NCBI RefSeq assembly: GCF_009914755.1
Contig: NC_060947.1
Strand: one strand, 5' to 3'
Origin: the human T2T-CHM13v2.0 reference genome, Homo sapiens
DNA length: 64,000 nucleotides
Under the pieces are notes generated by a model, which had not been told where the DNA came from, did not search any database, and worked only from the letters and a program-made list of their open reading frames with translations. Positions 1 through 15,040 of the stretch are shown here, piece after piece. Positions within the stretch are counted from its first letter, which is position 1; each line of letters begins with the position of its first letter. Both the position numbers and the translations under genes were made by a program.

Positions 1-99
1 TGAAGATACAACAGATATAAAAACATTTAAAAAATATTCTATACTCACTAACATTACATTCAAGTAAACAGTGGAAGAACATACACAAAAATAAGTACC

Positions 100-525
100 T
101 AAAGCATTTAAGTTCCCAGATGGTGATAAATTCTGTGTAGAAAAAGCATGGAAGAGGCATTGAAAGCATCAATATAAAAGGGTTACAATTAAAAGTAAAG
201 CATGACTAAAGAGGTGACATTTAACAAAAGACTTAAAAGAAGTACAGCTATGTAGATGAAGTGCATTCCAGGAACAGGAAACTGCAAGTTCAAAACCTCT
301 TGGGCAAAATATTTTTTGATATATGTAAGAAAGAGCAAGGGGTCAGTGTGGTTGGAGAAGCATGAGTGAGGGTGACAGTAATAGGTGAGATGGTCAGAGA
401 GGGGGCAGTTTGTATAGGACCCTGTGGGCCATTATGATAACTTGGCTTTTCTTCCTAGTGAACTGGCTAGCCATCACACATTTTGAGAAAAAAAAATGAT
501 ATGATCTGACTTGACTTGCTTTTTA
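100..525 (-). mobile_element. L2 (LINE-2) fragment, left part of a split element
   Basis: Degenerate L2 antisense motifs (gaggtgacattt..aaagactt, gcattccagg, gatatgatctgactt). The consensus continuation 'aaaggatcact' appears at ~29803. Confidence 0.7.
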
Positions 526-537
526 AATCTTGTTTCA

Positions 538-917
538 GGATGTTGGAGCAAGGTGGTGGAATAGAAAGCTCCACCGATCATCCTCCCCAGAAAGACGTCA
601 ATGTAACAACTATCTACACAGATGAAACACTTTCATAAGAACCAAAAATCAAATGAGTACTTATAGCACCTGGTTTTAGCTTCATATTGCTGAAAGAGGC
701 ACTGAAGAGATAAACAGTCCTGAATCTCTGATGCTACCCTTCCCCCATGCCCTGCAGTGGTGTTGTGGTGTCTAGAGCATCTTTGGGCACTGAGGGAGGG
801 AGAACACAGAAATTGTAAGGCACTGAATGCGGTGCTATCCTGTTAGAGCAGTAAGGAAAGTCAGACCAAATTCAGCTGATGCCTGCCTAAAGGATAATTT
901 AAACCAGCCCTAGCCAG
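538..917 (+). mobile_element. L1MA1-3 (L1M1-type) 5'UTR stub
   Basis: ggagcaaggtggtggaatagaaagctccacc...aaccagccctagccag is clearly homologous to the 5'UTR start at 31848-32278. It stops abruptly. Confidence 0.75.
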
Positions 918-1556
918 TTGGTTGCCTGTGAAAGAATATAGACCCAGAATTTTTTCTTTAGTTGGAGATTTTTGTGTAAAATTTTTAAAATGGATATGAA
1001 ACTATTCAGGGTATCTATTTCTTTCTGGAGTAAGTTTTGGTAGTTTGTTTCTTTGAGTAAATTAGTCTATTTGTTCTGAAATGTAAAATTAATGGGCATA
1101 AAGTTGTTCTTAATATTCTACTTTTATTCTTTAAATATCTGTAGGCTCTATTGTAATGTTCTGCCTTGTGTTTCTCATATAGTTGATTTATATATTTTTT
1201 CTTTTTTAATCGTGATAGAAATGTATGAATTTACTAATCTTTTCAAAAAGTCTTTGAGTTACTTTATTGATTTTCTGCTTTCATTTTCATTGATTGGTGA
1301 TATTATCTATATTGTTTCATTCTGTCTGATTGCTTTGGATTTATTTTGCTCTTAGTTTTCTAATTTTTTAATGTGAAACTTTAGGTCATCGATTTGAGGC
1401 ATTTATTTATTTTTTTTAGCATGAGCATTTAATACTATAAATTGATCTTAAAGCACTGCCTTACTTTGCATTCCAGATATTTTGAATTGTGTTTTAATTT
1501 ACATTGAACTATTAATATTTTTAAACTTTCCTTGGGACTCTGCTTTGACCCATGAG
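918..1556 (-). mobile_element. Ancient L1M (L1MC/MD/ME-like) ORF2 segment 1
   Basis: Heavily diverged antisense ORF2. Ends at tgacccatgag and resumes at 22785-22796. Confidence 0.65.
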
Positions 1557-1629
1557 TTACTTTTTCCCTGGATAAGATAGATATTTAATGAATTTATATT
1601 GAGAATAAAAAAAAAGTTGAGCTAGTGGA

Positions 1630-2612
<983 letters not shown>

Positions 2613-3300
2613 TATATTTTCATTTTTATTATTTATTAAAAATTGCTATGATAATAAGATTATCAACCAAGCATATGGAAAATTTTCCTTTTACCTTTTT
2701 CTCCCCCTTTTTAAGCAGCTGATTCAGCTATAGTTTAAGGAAGGGAATTAGCAGACTCCAGTATGTTATTTTGCAGTCATCATGGGCTAGATTCCCTCTC
2801 TTTATGCAGGCATCATTCAGAATCATACTGTCATTAAGAAGTACTAAGTGGATCTATGGTTTATGTCGACTTTTGTTCCCAACACAGGTCACTTTAATCC
2901 TCAGTCTTCGTTACTCATCCGAGCTGCTATATTTGTATATCACACTTTCTGTAGGAGAAAGTTCTGTATTTGAAGGTAACCTTGGTCACAGTAGTAAAGC
3001 TTCCTTTTCAACAGGTGTGGTAGTTGTTTCACACCCCCTCCTGAGTGCTACGCTAATTAATCAACTTGCTCTCTCCTTCTTAATGCAATGGAATAACCCT
3101 GTTGAGTTCACCATGCCACTGGTGACAGCATCCTCAGCATGTTGATCACCTCAAACAAATGGGAAGTGGTTTCTAAAATCCTGTCATCATTTTACCCATT
3201 CGAAAATTTTAGAAATGTAGTTTTATATTTCATTGAATAGGATGGCATGTTAGTGTGGTGTAATACAATCCTGATGACCTTGCAGGATTAAAAAAAAAAA
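2613..3300 (-). other. Non-repeat segment, probable L1 3' transduction
   Basis: Lies between the L1PA15/16 3' end (~3300) and a T-rich tail plus TSD (2603-2612). Confidence 0.6.
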
Positions 3301-6224
3301 TCTTCTATTTTAGGTTTATGGGCATATATGCAGGTTTGTTATATAGGTAAGTTCATGTCACAGGGGTTTGTTGTACAGATTATTTCATCACTCAGGTACT
3401 AAGTTTAGTAGCTAACAGTTCTTTTTTCTGATCTTCTCTCTCCTCCCACTCTCCACCCTCAATTAGGTCACAATGTCTGTTGTGTCCATGTGCTCTTACC
3501 ATTTAGCTCCCACTTAAAAGTGAGAACATGCAGTATTTGGTTTTCTGTTCTTGCTTCAGTTAGCTAAGAATAATGGCTTCCAACTCCATTGATGTCCCTG
3601 CAAAGGACATGATCTTGTTCTTTTTCATAGCTGCACAGTATTCCATGGTGTATATGTCCCATATTTTCTTTATCCAGTCTACCATTGATGAGCATTTAGG
3701 TTGATTCCATGTCTTTGCTATTGTGAATAGTGCTGCAATTAACGTATGCATATGTGTATCTTTATGACAGAACAATTTATATTCCTCTGGGTGTATATCA
3801 AGTAATGGGATTGCTGAGTCAAATGGTAGTTCTGTTTATAGTTCTTTGAGAAACTGCAACACTGTTTTCTAGAATGGTTGAACTAATTTACAGTCCCACC
3901 AACAGTGTATAAGAGTTCCTTTTACTCCACAACCTCGCCAGCATCTGTTATTTTTAAATATTTTTGTAATAGCCATTCTGACTGGTGTTAGATGTTGTCT
4001 CCTTGTGGATTTGCATTTCTCTAATGATCTGTGATATTAAGCTTCTTTTCATACACATGCTGGCCACAGGTAAGTCTTCTTTTGAAAAATGTTTGTTCAT
4101 GTTTTTTGTCTACGTTTTAATGGTTTTTAAAAATCTGTTTAAGTTCCATATAGATGCTGGATGTTAGACCTTTGTCAGATGCATATTGTGCAAATATTTT
4201 CTCCCAGTCTGTGGTTTGTCTGTTTACTCTGTTGATAGTTTCTTTTGCTGTGCAGAAACTCTTTAGTTTAATCAGGTCCCATTGTTAATGTTTATTTTTG
4301 TTGCAATTACTTTTAAGGATTTAACCATAAATTCTGTGCCAAAGCCTATGTTGAGAAGGGTATCTGCTAGGTTTTTATCTAGGATTTTTATAGTTTGGGA
4401 TCTTACATTTAAGTATTTAATAAATCTTGAGTTGATTTTCATATATGATGAGAGACAGGGTGTCCAGTTTCATTCTTCTGCATATGATTTGCCAGTTATT
4501 GAATAAAGAGTCCCTTCCCCATTGCTTTTTTTGTTGATTCTGTTGAAGATCAGATCGTTGTAGGCATGCCATTTTAATTCTGGGTTCTCTAATCTATTCC
4601 ACTGGTCTGTGTGTTTATTATTATACCAGTACCATGCTATTTTGATTACTGTAGCCCTACAGTATTGTTTGAAGTCAGACAATGTGATGCTTCTGGATTT
4701 GTTCTGTTTGCTCAGGATTCTTTTGGCTATTTGAGTTCTTTTGTGGTTCCAAATGAATTTAATAATCGTTTTTCCTATGTCTATGAAAAGTGATGTTGGT
4801 ATTTTGATAGGATTAGCTTTCAATACGTAACTTGCTTTGGGCAGTATGGCCATTATAATTATAGTGATTCTACCAATCAACAAGCATGAAATATTTCTCT
4901 ATTTATTTGTTTCATTTCAGATTTCTTTCAGCAGTGTTTTGTAATTCTCCTTGTAGACAACTTTGATCTCGCTGGTATGATAAATTCCCAGGTATTTCGC
5001 TTTCTTTGTAGCTATTGTAAATAGGATTGTGCTCTTAATTTGGTTCTCAGTTATAAAGTCTTTGGTGTATAATAAAGCTACTAATTTTAGTACATTGATT
5101 TTGTATCATGAAACTTTCCTGGATTCATTTATCAGTATCAGGAGACTTTTCTCAGAATCTTTAGGGTTTTGTATGTATAAAATCATATCATCAGCAGAGA
5201 GGGATAGCTAGTCTTCTTTTTCTATTTGGATGCCTTTTATTTATTTCTCTTGCCTGATTTCTCTTGCGAGGACTTCCAGTACTATAATGTATAGGAATAG
5301 TGATAATGGGCATCCTTGTCTTGATCCAGTTTTCAAGGGAAATGGTTCCAGCTTTTTCCCATTCAATATGATGATGGCTGCAGGTTTTTCATAGATGGCT
5401 GTTGTTATTTTGTGGTATGTTCCTTCAATGCCTAATCTTTCGAGGCTTTCTGTCATGAAGGGATGTTGGATTTTATTGAATGTATTTTTTCTGTATCTAT
5501 TGAAATAATCATGTGTTTTTTATTGTTGATTCTCTTTATACAGTGAATTACCTTTATTGATTCACATATATTGAACCAATCTTGCATCTCAGACATAAAG
5601 CCTATTTGATCATGGTGAATTAACTTTTTGATGTTCTGCTGTAAATGGTTTGCTAGTATTTTGTTGAGGATCTTTGCATTTATACTTATCAGGGATACTG
5701 GCCTGAAGTTTTGTTTTTTCATTGTGTCTTTTTCTGATTTTGGTATGAAGATGATGCTGGCTTTATAGAATGAGTTAGGGAGAAGCCCCTCCTCTTTAAT
5801 TTTTGGAAAAGTGTCAGTATAATTGGTGTAAGTTCTTCCTCATATGTTGAGTAGAGTTCAGCTGTGAATCCATCAGGCCCATGGCTCTTTTTGGTTAGTA
5901 GGATTTTTTATTACTGATTCAATTTCTGAACTTGTTACTGGCTGTTCATATTTGCACATTCTTCCTGATTCATTCTTGGGAGGTTGTGTGTTTCCAGAAA
6001 TTCATCCATTTTCTCTAGATTTTATAATTTGTTTGTGTAGAGATGTTCCAATAGCCTCTGAATATCTTTTCTATTTATTTTTTCTCTTTGCCAATCTAGC
6101 TATTGGTATATCAATACAGTTTATTTTTTTTGAAAAATCAAACTTTTGGTTTCACTCACATTTGTATGGACTTTTGGGTATTAATTACATTCAGCTATTC
6201 TCAGATTTTAGTTACTTATCTTCT

Positions 6225-7131
<907 letters not shown>

Positions 7132-7217
7132 TTACTTATTTTCTCCTACTAGCTCTTGGATTAAATTGTTCTTTATCTTCTAGTTCCTCTATTTGTGACA
7201 TTAGGTCATTAATTTGA

Positions 7218-8814
7218 TTTTTTTTCATTGTTTATGTTTAAGTTTTGTGGGTACATAGTAGGTGTATGAATTTGTGGGATACATAAGATGTTTTGCTATA
7301 GCCAAGCAATGTGAAATAATAACAGCATGGAGAATGGGGTATCCATCCCCGCAAGCATTTATTTTTTGAGTTATAAACAATCCAGTTACACTTTTTAAGC
7401 TGAATTCTATCAGACTTTTAAAGAAGAATTGATAAAAATTCTACTAAAATTATTCCAAAAGATAGAGGATGAGGAAGTCTTCCCTAAATCATTATATGAA
7501 GCCAGTATTACCCTAATACCAAAACCAGGGAAGGACATATCAACAACAACAACAACCACAAATACAGACCAATATCCCTGATGAACATAGATGCAAAAAT
7601 CCCTCAAAAAACATAGATGCAAAAATCCACAAAAAACACAGATGCAAAAATAAAAAGAAAACAAACATTGTATATTCTCACTTCTAAGTGGGAGCTAAGC
7701 TATGAAGATGCAAAGGCATAAAAATGATACAATGGACTCTGAATACTTGGGAGGAAGGGTGGGAGTGGGGTTGAGGGATAAAAGACTACACATTGGGTAC
7801 AGTGTACACTGCTCTGCTGATGTGTGCACCAAAATCTCAGAAATCACCACTAAAGAACTTATCCATGTAAACAAACATCACCTGTTCCCCCACAACTATT
7901 GAAATAATAAAAAAATTAATCAGAATTGTCAGAAAATGATTTTCTTGTTAACTGAATACTGGAGAATATTGTATATTCTATTGCCAATAATGTATATTTT
8001 TAATACATGTCCCAGATTATTCTGAAAGGCAGTCTTATTTGTGAATAACCACTGTATGTCATATGCTAATGGATCCTCAATTTTTGAAGAAAAAAATGAA
8101 ATATATATCACTGAGAAACAGATATTTTAAATATACAATTAACTTATTATTGACCATAGTCACCGTGTTGTGCTATCAAACAGTAGGTCTTATTTATTTT
8201 TTCTAATTATTTTATTTGTATCCATTAACCATCCCTACCTCCCCCAACATACTTCCACTACCCATCCCATCCTTCTACGCTCTAAGTCCATGAGTACAAT
8301 TGTTTTGATTTTTAGATTCCATAAATAAGTAAGAACATGTGAAGTTTATGTTTTTGTACCTGGCTTATTTCACTTAATATAATGATATCTGGGTTCATCC
8401 ATGTTGTTGCAAATTATTGGAACTCATTCTTTTTAAGGCTGAAGAGTACTCCATTGTGTTTATATACTACATTTTCTTTATCCATTCGTCTTTTGATGGA
8501 CACTTAGGTTGCTTCCAAATCTTTGCTATTGTAAAAGGTGCTGCAACAAACATAGGAGTGCATATATCTCTTCACTATCCTGATTTCCTTTATTTTGGAT
8601 GTAGACCCAGCAGTGGCATTGCTGGGTGATATGGTAGCTCTATTTTTAGTTGTTTGATAAACCTCCAAACTGCTCACCATAGTGATTGTACTAATTTACA
8701 TTCCCAAAACAGTGTACAAGAGTTCCTTTTCATCCACATCCTTGCCGGCATTTTTTATTGTGTGTCTTTTGGATATAAGCTACTTTAAATGGAGTGAGAT
8801 GATATCTCTTTGTA
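7218..8814 (-). mobile_element. L1MA1/2 3' end, copy 1 (interrupted by L1PB1)
   Basis: ttttgtgggtacatagtaggtgta..gcaatgtgaaataa..ggagaatggggtatccatcccc. Resumes at ~8124. Confidence 0.8.
7398..7917 (+). mobile_element. L1PB1 fragment with large internal deletion
   Basis: ORF2 piece (gctgaattctatcag..aacatagatgcaaaaatcc) joined to an L1PB1 3'UTR (gcaaaggcataa..gataaaagactacacattgggtacagtgtacactgc..actattgaaat). Confidence 0.8.
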
Positions 8815-11800
8815 TTTTTTTAAATATTTTTACTTTTAATTTTTGTGGGTACATGATAGGTGTGTATTTATGTGTTACATGAGATGTTTTGATACAGGCA
8901 TGCAATGTGAAATAAGCACATCATAAAGAATGGGGTATCATCCCCTCAAGCATTTATCCATTGAGTTACAATTTGGCTATACTCTTTAAGTTATTTTAAA
9001 ATGTACAGTTGTTACTATAATCACCCTGTTGTGCAATCAAATAGTAGATCTTACTATTCTAAGTATTCATTCTAACTATTTTTGCACACATTAAGCATCC
9101 CCACCTCCCCTCCAGCCACCCTCTTCCCCTCTGAGCCTCTGGTAACCATCCTTCTACTCTTTATATTCATGTGCTTAATTGTTTTGAATTTTAGATCAGA
9201 CAAAAAAGTGAGAACATGTGATGTTTGTCTTTCTCTGCCTGGCTTATTTAACTTAACAGGATGATTTTCATTTCCATTCATGTTGTTGCAAATGACTGGA
9301 TCTCATTATTTTTATGGCTGAGTAGTACTCCATTGTGTGTATGTACCACATTTTCTTTATCCATTCATATGTTGATGGACACTTAGATTGCTTCCAAATC
9401 TTGGCTATTGTGAATAGTGCTGCATTACATACGGGAGTGCAGATATCTCTTCAATATACTGATTTCCTTTCTTTTGGGTATAGACCAAGCAGTGGAATTC
9501 CTGCATTATATGGTAGCTCTATTTTTAGTTTTTTGAGGAACTTCCAAAATATTCTCCACATTGGTTGCACTAATTTACATTCCCACCAACAGTGTATGAG
9601 ACTTCCTTTTTCCCCATATCCTTGCCAGCATATTTTATTAACTGTGGATATAATCCACTTTAACTGGGGTGAGAGGATATTTCATTGTCATTTTGATTTG
9701 CATTTCTCTGATGATCAGTGATGTTGAGCACCTTTTAATACGCCTGTTTCCCATTAGTGTGTCTTTTGAGAAGTGTCTAATTCAAATATTTTGTCCATTT
9801 TTAATAGATTATTTTCTGTTAGGCTTGTTTGAGCTCCTTACATGTTCTCGTTATTAATCCCGTGTCAAAAGGGGAGTTTGCAAATATTTTCTTCCAATCT
9901 TTAGGTTGTCTCTTCACTAAGTTGACTGAATCCTTTGCTGTGCAGAAGTTCTTAACTTGATGTGATCCCATTTGTACATTTTTGCTTTGCTTGCCTGTGC
10001 TTATGGGATATTGCTCAAGAAATGTTTGCCCAGGCCAATGTCCTGGAGAGTTCCCCCAATATTTTTGGTAGTAGTTTCATAGATTGAGTTCTTAGATTTA
10101 AGTCTTTTATCCATTTTGAGTAGATTTTTGTACATGTTGCAAGATAAGGGTCTAGTTTTATTTTTTTGCATACAGATATCCACTTTTCACAGTATCATTT
10201 ATTGAAGAGACTGACTTCCCCAGTGTATCTTCTTGGCAAGTTTTTTAAAAACGAGTTCACTCTAGATATGTGGGTTGTCTTCTGGGCTCTCTATTCTGTT
10301 TCACTGGTCTATGTGTCTGTTTTTATGCAAGTACCATGCTGTTTTGTTTACTACAGCTGTTAGTATAATACGAAGTCAGGTAATGTGATTCCTCCAGTTT
10401 TGTTCTTTTTGCTCAGGATAGCTTTGGTTATTCTGGGTCATTTATGGTTTCATACAAAATGTAGGATTGTTTTTTCTACTTCTGTGAAGAATGTCATTAG
10501 TATTTTCATAGGGATTGCATTGAATCTGTAGATTGTTTTGGGTAGCATCAACGTTTTACAATATTGATGTTTTCAGTTCATGAATCTAGAATAGTTTTCC
10601 ATTCTTTGGTGTCGTCCTCAGTTTTTTTTCATCAGTGTTTCATAATTTTCATTACAGTGATCTTTCACTTCTTTGGTTAATTCGTAGGTATTTAATTTTA
10701 TTTGTAGCTATTGTAAATTGAATTTTTAAAGTTTCTTTTTCAGATTGCTCACTGTTGGTGTGTAGAAATGCAACTGATTTTTGTATATTGATTTTGTATC
10801 CTGCAACTTTACTGAATTTGTTTATCAGTTCTAATTGTTTTCTGGTGGAGTCTTTAGCCTTTCCAAATATAAGATCACGTCATCTGAAAACAATGATAAT
10901 TTGATATTTTTCTTTCCAACTTGGATTGCGTTTATATTTTCCTCTTGTCTAATTGCTCTATATAAGATTTCCAGTACTGTGTTGGTGGCAACAGTGGGCA
11001 TCTTTGTCATGTTCCAGATCTTAGAGGAAGGTCTTTCACTTTTTTTCCATTCAGTATGATGCTAGCTGTGGATCTGTCATATATTGCATTTATTATGTTG
11101 AGATATGTTCATTCTATCCCCAGTTTCTTAAAGGTTTTTATCCTGAAGAGATGTTGAATTTTATCAAATGCTTATGCAGCATCAATTGAAATGATCATAT
11201 GATTTTGTCCTTCATTCTGTTGATATGATGTATCACATTGATTGATTTGCATATGTTGAAACACTCTTGGTTTGCAGGAATAAATCTCACTTTGTCGTAA
11301 CGAATGATCTTTTGAATATATTGTCATATTCAGTTTGTTAGTATTGTGTTGAGGATTACTGCATCAATATTCATCAGAAATATTGGCCTGTAGTATTCTT
11401 TTATTTATGTGTCTTTTGTTCTGGTATCAGGGTAATACTGGAATTGTTGAATGTGTTTAGAAGTATTTCCTCCTCCTATGTATTAGAATAGTTTTAGTAG
11501 GATCTTCTTTAAATGTTTGGTAGAATTTAGCAGTGATGCCATCAGGTCTCGGGCTATTCGTTACTGGGAGACATTTTATATTGGTTTTGATTTTGCTACT
11601 TGTTATTGGTCTGTTCATGTTTTGGATTTCTTCCTGATTTGATCTTGGGAGGTTGTTTATATCTAGAATTTTTTTCATTTTTTCTAGAATATCCAATTTA
11701 TTGTCACATAGTTGCTCATAGTAGCCACTAATTATTTTTTGAATTTCTGCAGTATCAGTTGTAATGTCTCTTTTCATTTCTGATTTTATTTATTTGGGTC

Positions 11801-13111
11801 TTCTCTCTTTTTTTCTCAGTCTGGCTAAAAGTGTGTCAATTTTGTTTAACCTTTCTAAAAGCCAACTTTGTGTTTCATGATGATTTGTATTTTTAATTTT
11901 AATTTTATTTATTTCTGCTCTGATCTGCATTATTCCATTTCTTTACCAATTTTGGTTTTGATTTGATCTTTATTTTCTGGTTTTTTAAAAGATGCATTAT
12001 TAGATTGTTTACGTTCTTCTCTTTTAATGTAGGCACTTATAGATGTAAACTTCCTTCTTAGTACGGCTTGTGCTGTATCTCATATATTTCGGTATATTGT
12101 GTTTCTATTATTATTTGGTTTAAGAAGTTTTTAATTCCCTTTTTTGTTTTCTTCATTGACCCAGTAGTCAAGCAGGCATATATTCTTTAGTTTTTCTATA
12201 TTTGTATAGCTTCCAGTAAGCCTCTTATAGTTTTTGTTATTGATTACTAGTTTTATTTCATTGTGGTCAAACAGGGAAGATGCATGATATCCTTTCAATT
12301 TTTTTCAATGTCTTAAGATTTGTTTTATGATTTAACATGTGGTCTATCTGTGAGAATAATCAATGTGCTGAGGAAAAGCATATATATTCTGAAGCTCTTG
12401 GATAAAATGTTCTATAAATACCTATTAGATCCATCTGGTCTAGAGTTCAGATGAAGTCAGATGTTTCTTTGGTGATTTTCTGTGTGGAAGAGCTGTCCAA
12501 TGCTGCAAGTGTGGTTTTGAAGTCTCTAGGTATTATTGTTTGGGGCCCTATATTTCTCTTCATCTATAATATCATTTTCTTTATATATCTGGATGCTCCA
12601 GTGTTGTGTGAATACATATTTAAAATTGTTATATTCTCTTGCTGTATTGACACCTTTATCATAATATAGTGGCCTTCTCTGTTTCTTCTGATAGTTTTTG
12701 TTTTGAAATCCATTTTGTCTGATATAAGTATTGCTACTCCAGCTCTTTTCTTTCCATTCCACAGAATGTCTTTTTTCATCCCCTTACTTTCAATCTATTT
12801 GTGTCTTGAAGAAACATACTCTTCAAGCATGTTCACTGTAGGCAACAGATCAATAGATCTTTTCATACATTCAGTCAGTCTATCTGTTGATTGAAATTTT
12901 TTATGGGTTACATTCAATGTTATTATTGATAAATGTGGACTTACTCCTGCCATTCTATTGTTTTTTACTTGTTTTGTTGTCTTCTCTTCTTTTTTTATTT
13001 TAGTACTGTCTTTTTCTAGTGAAGGTGTTTTTCTCTGGTGATATGATTTAGTTTATTTCTTTGCATTTTTTTTGTGTCTATGTTTTTTGGTTGGAGTTTA
13101 CTGTGAAGCTT
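8815..13111 (-). mobile_element. L1MA1/2 3'UTR plus ORF2, 5'-truncated
   Basis: Second L1MA 3' end continuing through decayed ORF2 (ORFs 11457-11777, 12564-12779). Outer TSD attaggtcatt 7200-7210 / attaagtcatt 13112-13122. Confidence 0.8.
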
Positions 13112-14421
13112 ATTAAGTCATTGAGACTTTTCCTCTTGATGAAGGCATTTTGTACTATAGCTTTTTCTCTTAACACTCTTTTTGCTGTAGTCCAAAGGTT
13201 TTGGTAAGTTGTATCTCTACATGTATTAATTTCCAAACTTTTTAAAAATTTCTGTCTTAATTTTATTTTAAATCCAAGAGTTATTCAGAAGCAGGTTATT
13301 TAATTTTCAGGTTTTATGTGTTTTTGTGAGATATTATTGATATTGATTTCTATTTTTATTTCACTGTTGTCCAAGTGTGTGTGTGGTAAGATTTGGATTA
13401 TTTTAAATTTATTGAGACTTGCTATATAGCCAAGCATGTGGTTCATCTTAGAATATTTTCTGTGTGTGGATGAGGAGAATGTATATTCTCTGGTTGTTGG
13501 GTGGAATACTCTGTAGATGACTATTACATCTAATTAGTGAACTGTTGAGTTAAAGTCCAGAATTTCTTTGTTTTCTGTGTCAATAATCTATCTCTTCTGT
13601 GGAGTATTGAGGTCTCCCACTATCATTGTGTATCTGTCTAAATCATTTTTAGGTCAAGGACTTGTTTTATTAATCTGGGTACTTCTATGTTGGGTGCATA
13701 TATATTTAGCATAGTTAAGTCTTCTTGTTGAATTGAACACTTTATCATTATGTAATGCTCTTTGTTTTTCCTGATTATTGTTGTTTTAAAATGTGTGACA
13801 TCTGATATAAGAATAGCAACTTTTGCACTGTTTTGTTTCCCATTTTCTTGGTAGATCTTTTTCTATCCCTTTACTTTAAGTCTGTGGGTGTCATTATATG
13901 TGAGATGCATCTCTTAAATACAGCAGACAGTTGAGTTGTCTTTTTATTCAACTTGCCACCGTTGTCTTTTAAGTGAGGAGTTTAGACCATTTATATTTAG
14001 TGTTGGTGTCTATATATGAGGTTTTGATCCTGTCATTATGTTATTGGTTGTTTGTTTTGTAGACTTGTTTATGTAATTACTCTATATTATTGGTGGACTA
14101 TGTGCTTGAGTGTATTTTTGAGGCAGCACATTTCTATTTTTTGTTTCCATATTTAGCACTCTCTCAAGGACTTCTTGTAAAGGCAGGCTGGAGGGTAACA
14201 AGTTTCCATAGTACGTGCTTGTTTGAGAAAGATTTTCTTTCTCCTTCACATCTGAAGCTGAGTTTGGTGGGATATGTAATTCTTGGTTGGCATTTCTTTT
14301 AAGAATGCTGAAAATAGGCCTCCAATCTCTTTTGGCTTGTAAGTTTTATGCTGAGAGGTTTGCTGCCAACCTGATGGGGCTCCCTCTCTAGGTTACCTGA
14401 CATTTTTCTTTAGCTTCCTTT

Positions 14422-15040
14422 TTTTTTTATTTTATTATACTTTAAGTTCTAGGGTACATGTGCACAACGTGCAGGTTTGTTACATATGTATACATGTGCC
14501 ATGTTGGTGTGCTGCACCCATTAACTTGTCATTTACATTAGGTATATCTCCTAATGCTTTCCCTCCCCCCTTCCCCCACCCCACAACAGGCCCTGGTGTG
14601 TGATGTTCCACTTCCTGTGTCCAAGTGTTCTCATTGTTCAATTCCCACCTATAAGTGCGGTGTTGGTGGGACTGTAAACTAGTTCAACCATTGTGCAAGA
14701 CAGTGTGGCGATTCCTCAAGGATCTAGAACTAGAATACCATTTGACCCAGCCATCCTATTACCGGGTATATACCCAAAGGATTATAAATCATGCTGCTAT
14801 AAAGGCACATGCACACGTATGTTTATTGTGGCACAATTCACAATAGCAAAGACTTGGAACCAACCCAAATGTCCATCAATGATAGACTGGATTAAGAAAA
14901 TGTGGCACATATACACCATAGAATACTATGCAGCCATAAAAAAGGATGAGTTCATGTCCTTTGTAGGGACATGGATGAAGCTGGAAACCATCATTCTCAG
15001 CAAACTATTGCAAGAACAAAAAACCAAACGCCGCATGTTC
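14422..15040 (-). mobile_element. L1PA5-like insertion with 5' inversion
   Basis: Antisense 3'UTR 14422-14658 then sense ORF2 C-terminus 14659-15042. TSD tctttagcttccttt 14407-14421 / tctttggcttccttt 15041-15055. Confidence 0.9.

Noticed and set aside
2771-3145. 124-aa ORF in the transduced segment
   Set aside because: Starts at TTG, has no recognisable domain or splice structure, and is probably a chance ORF.
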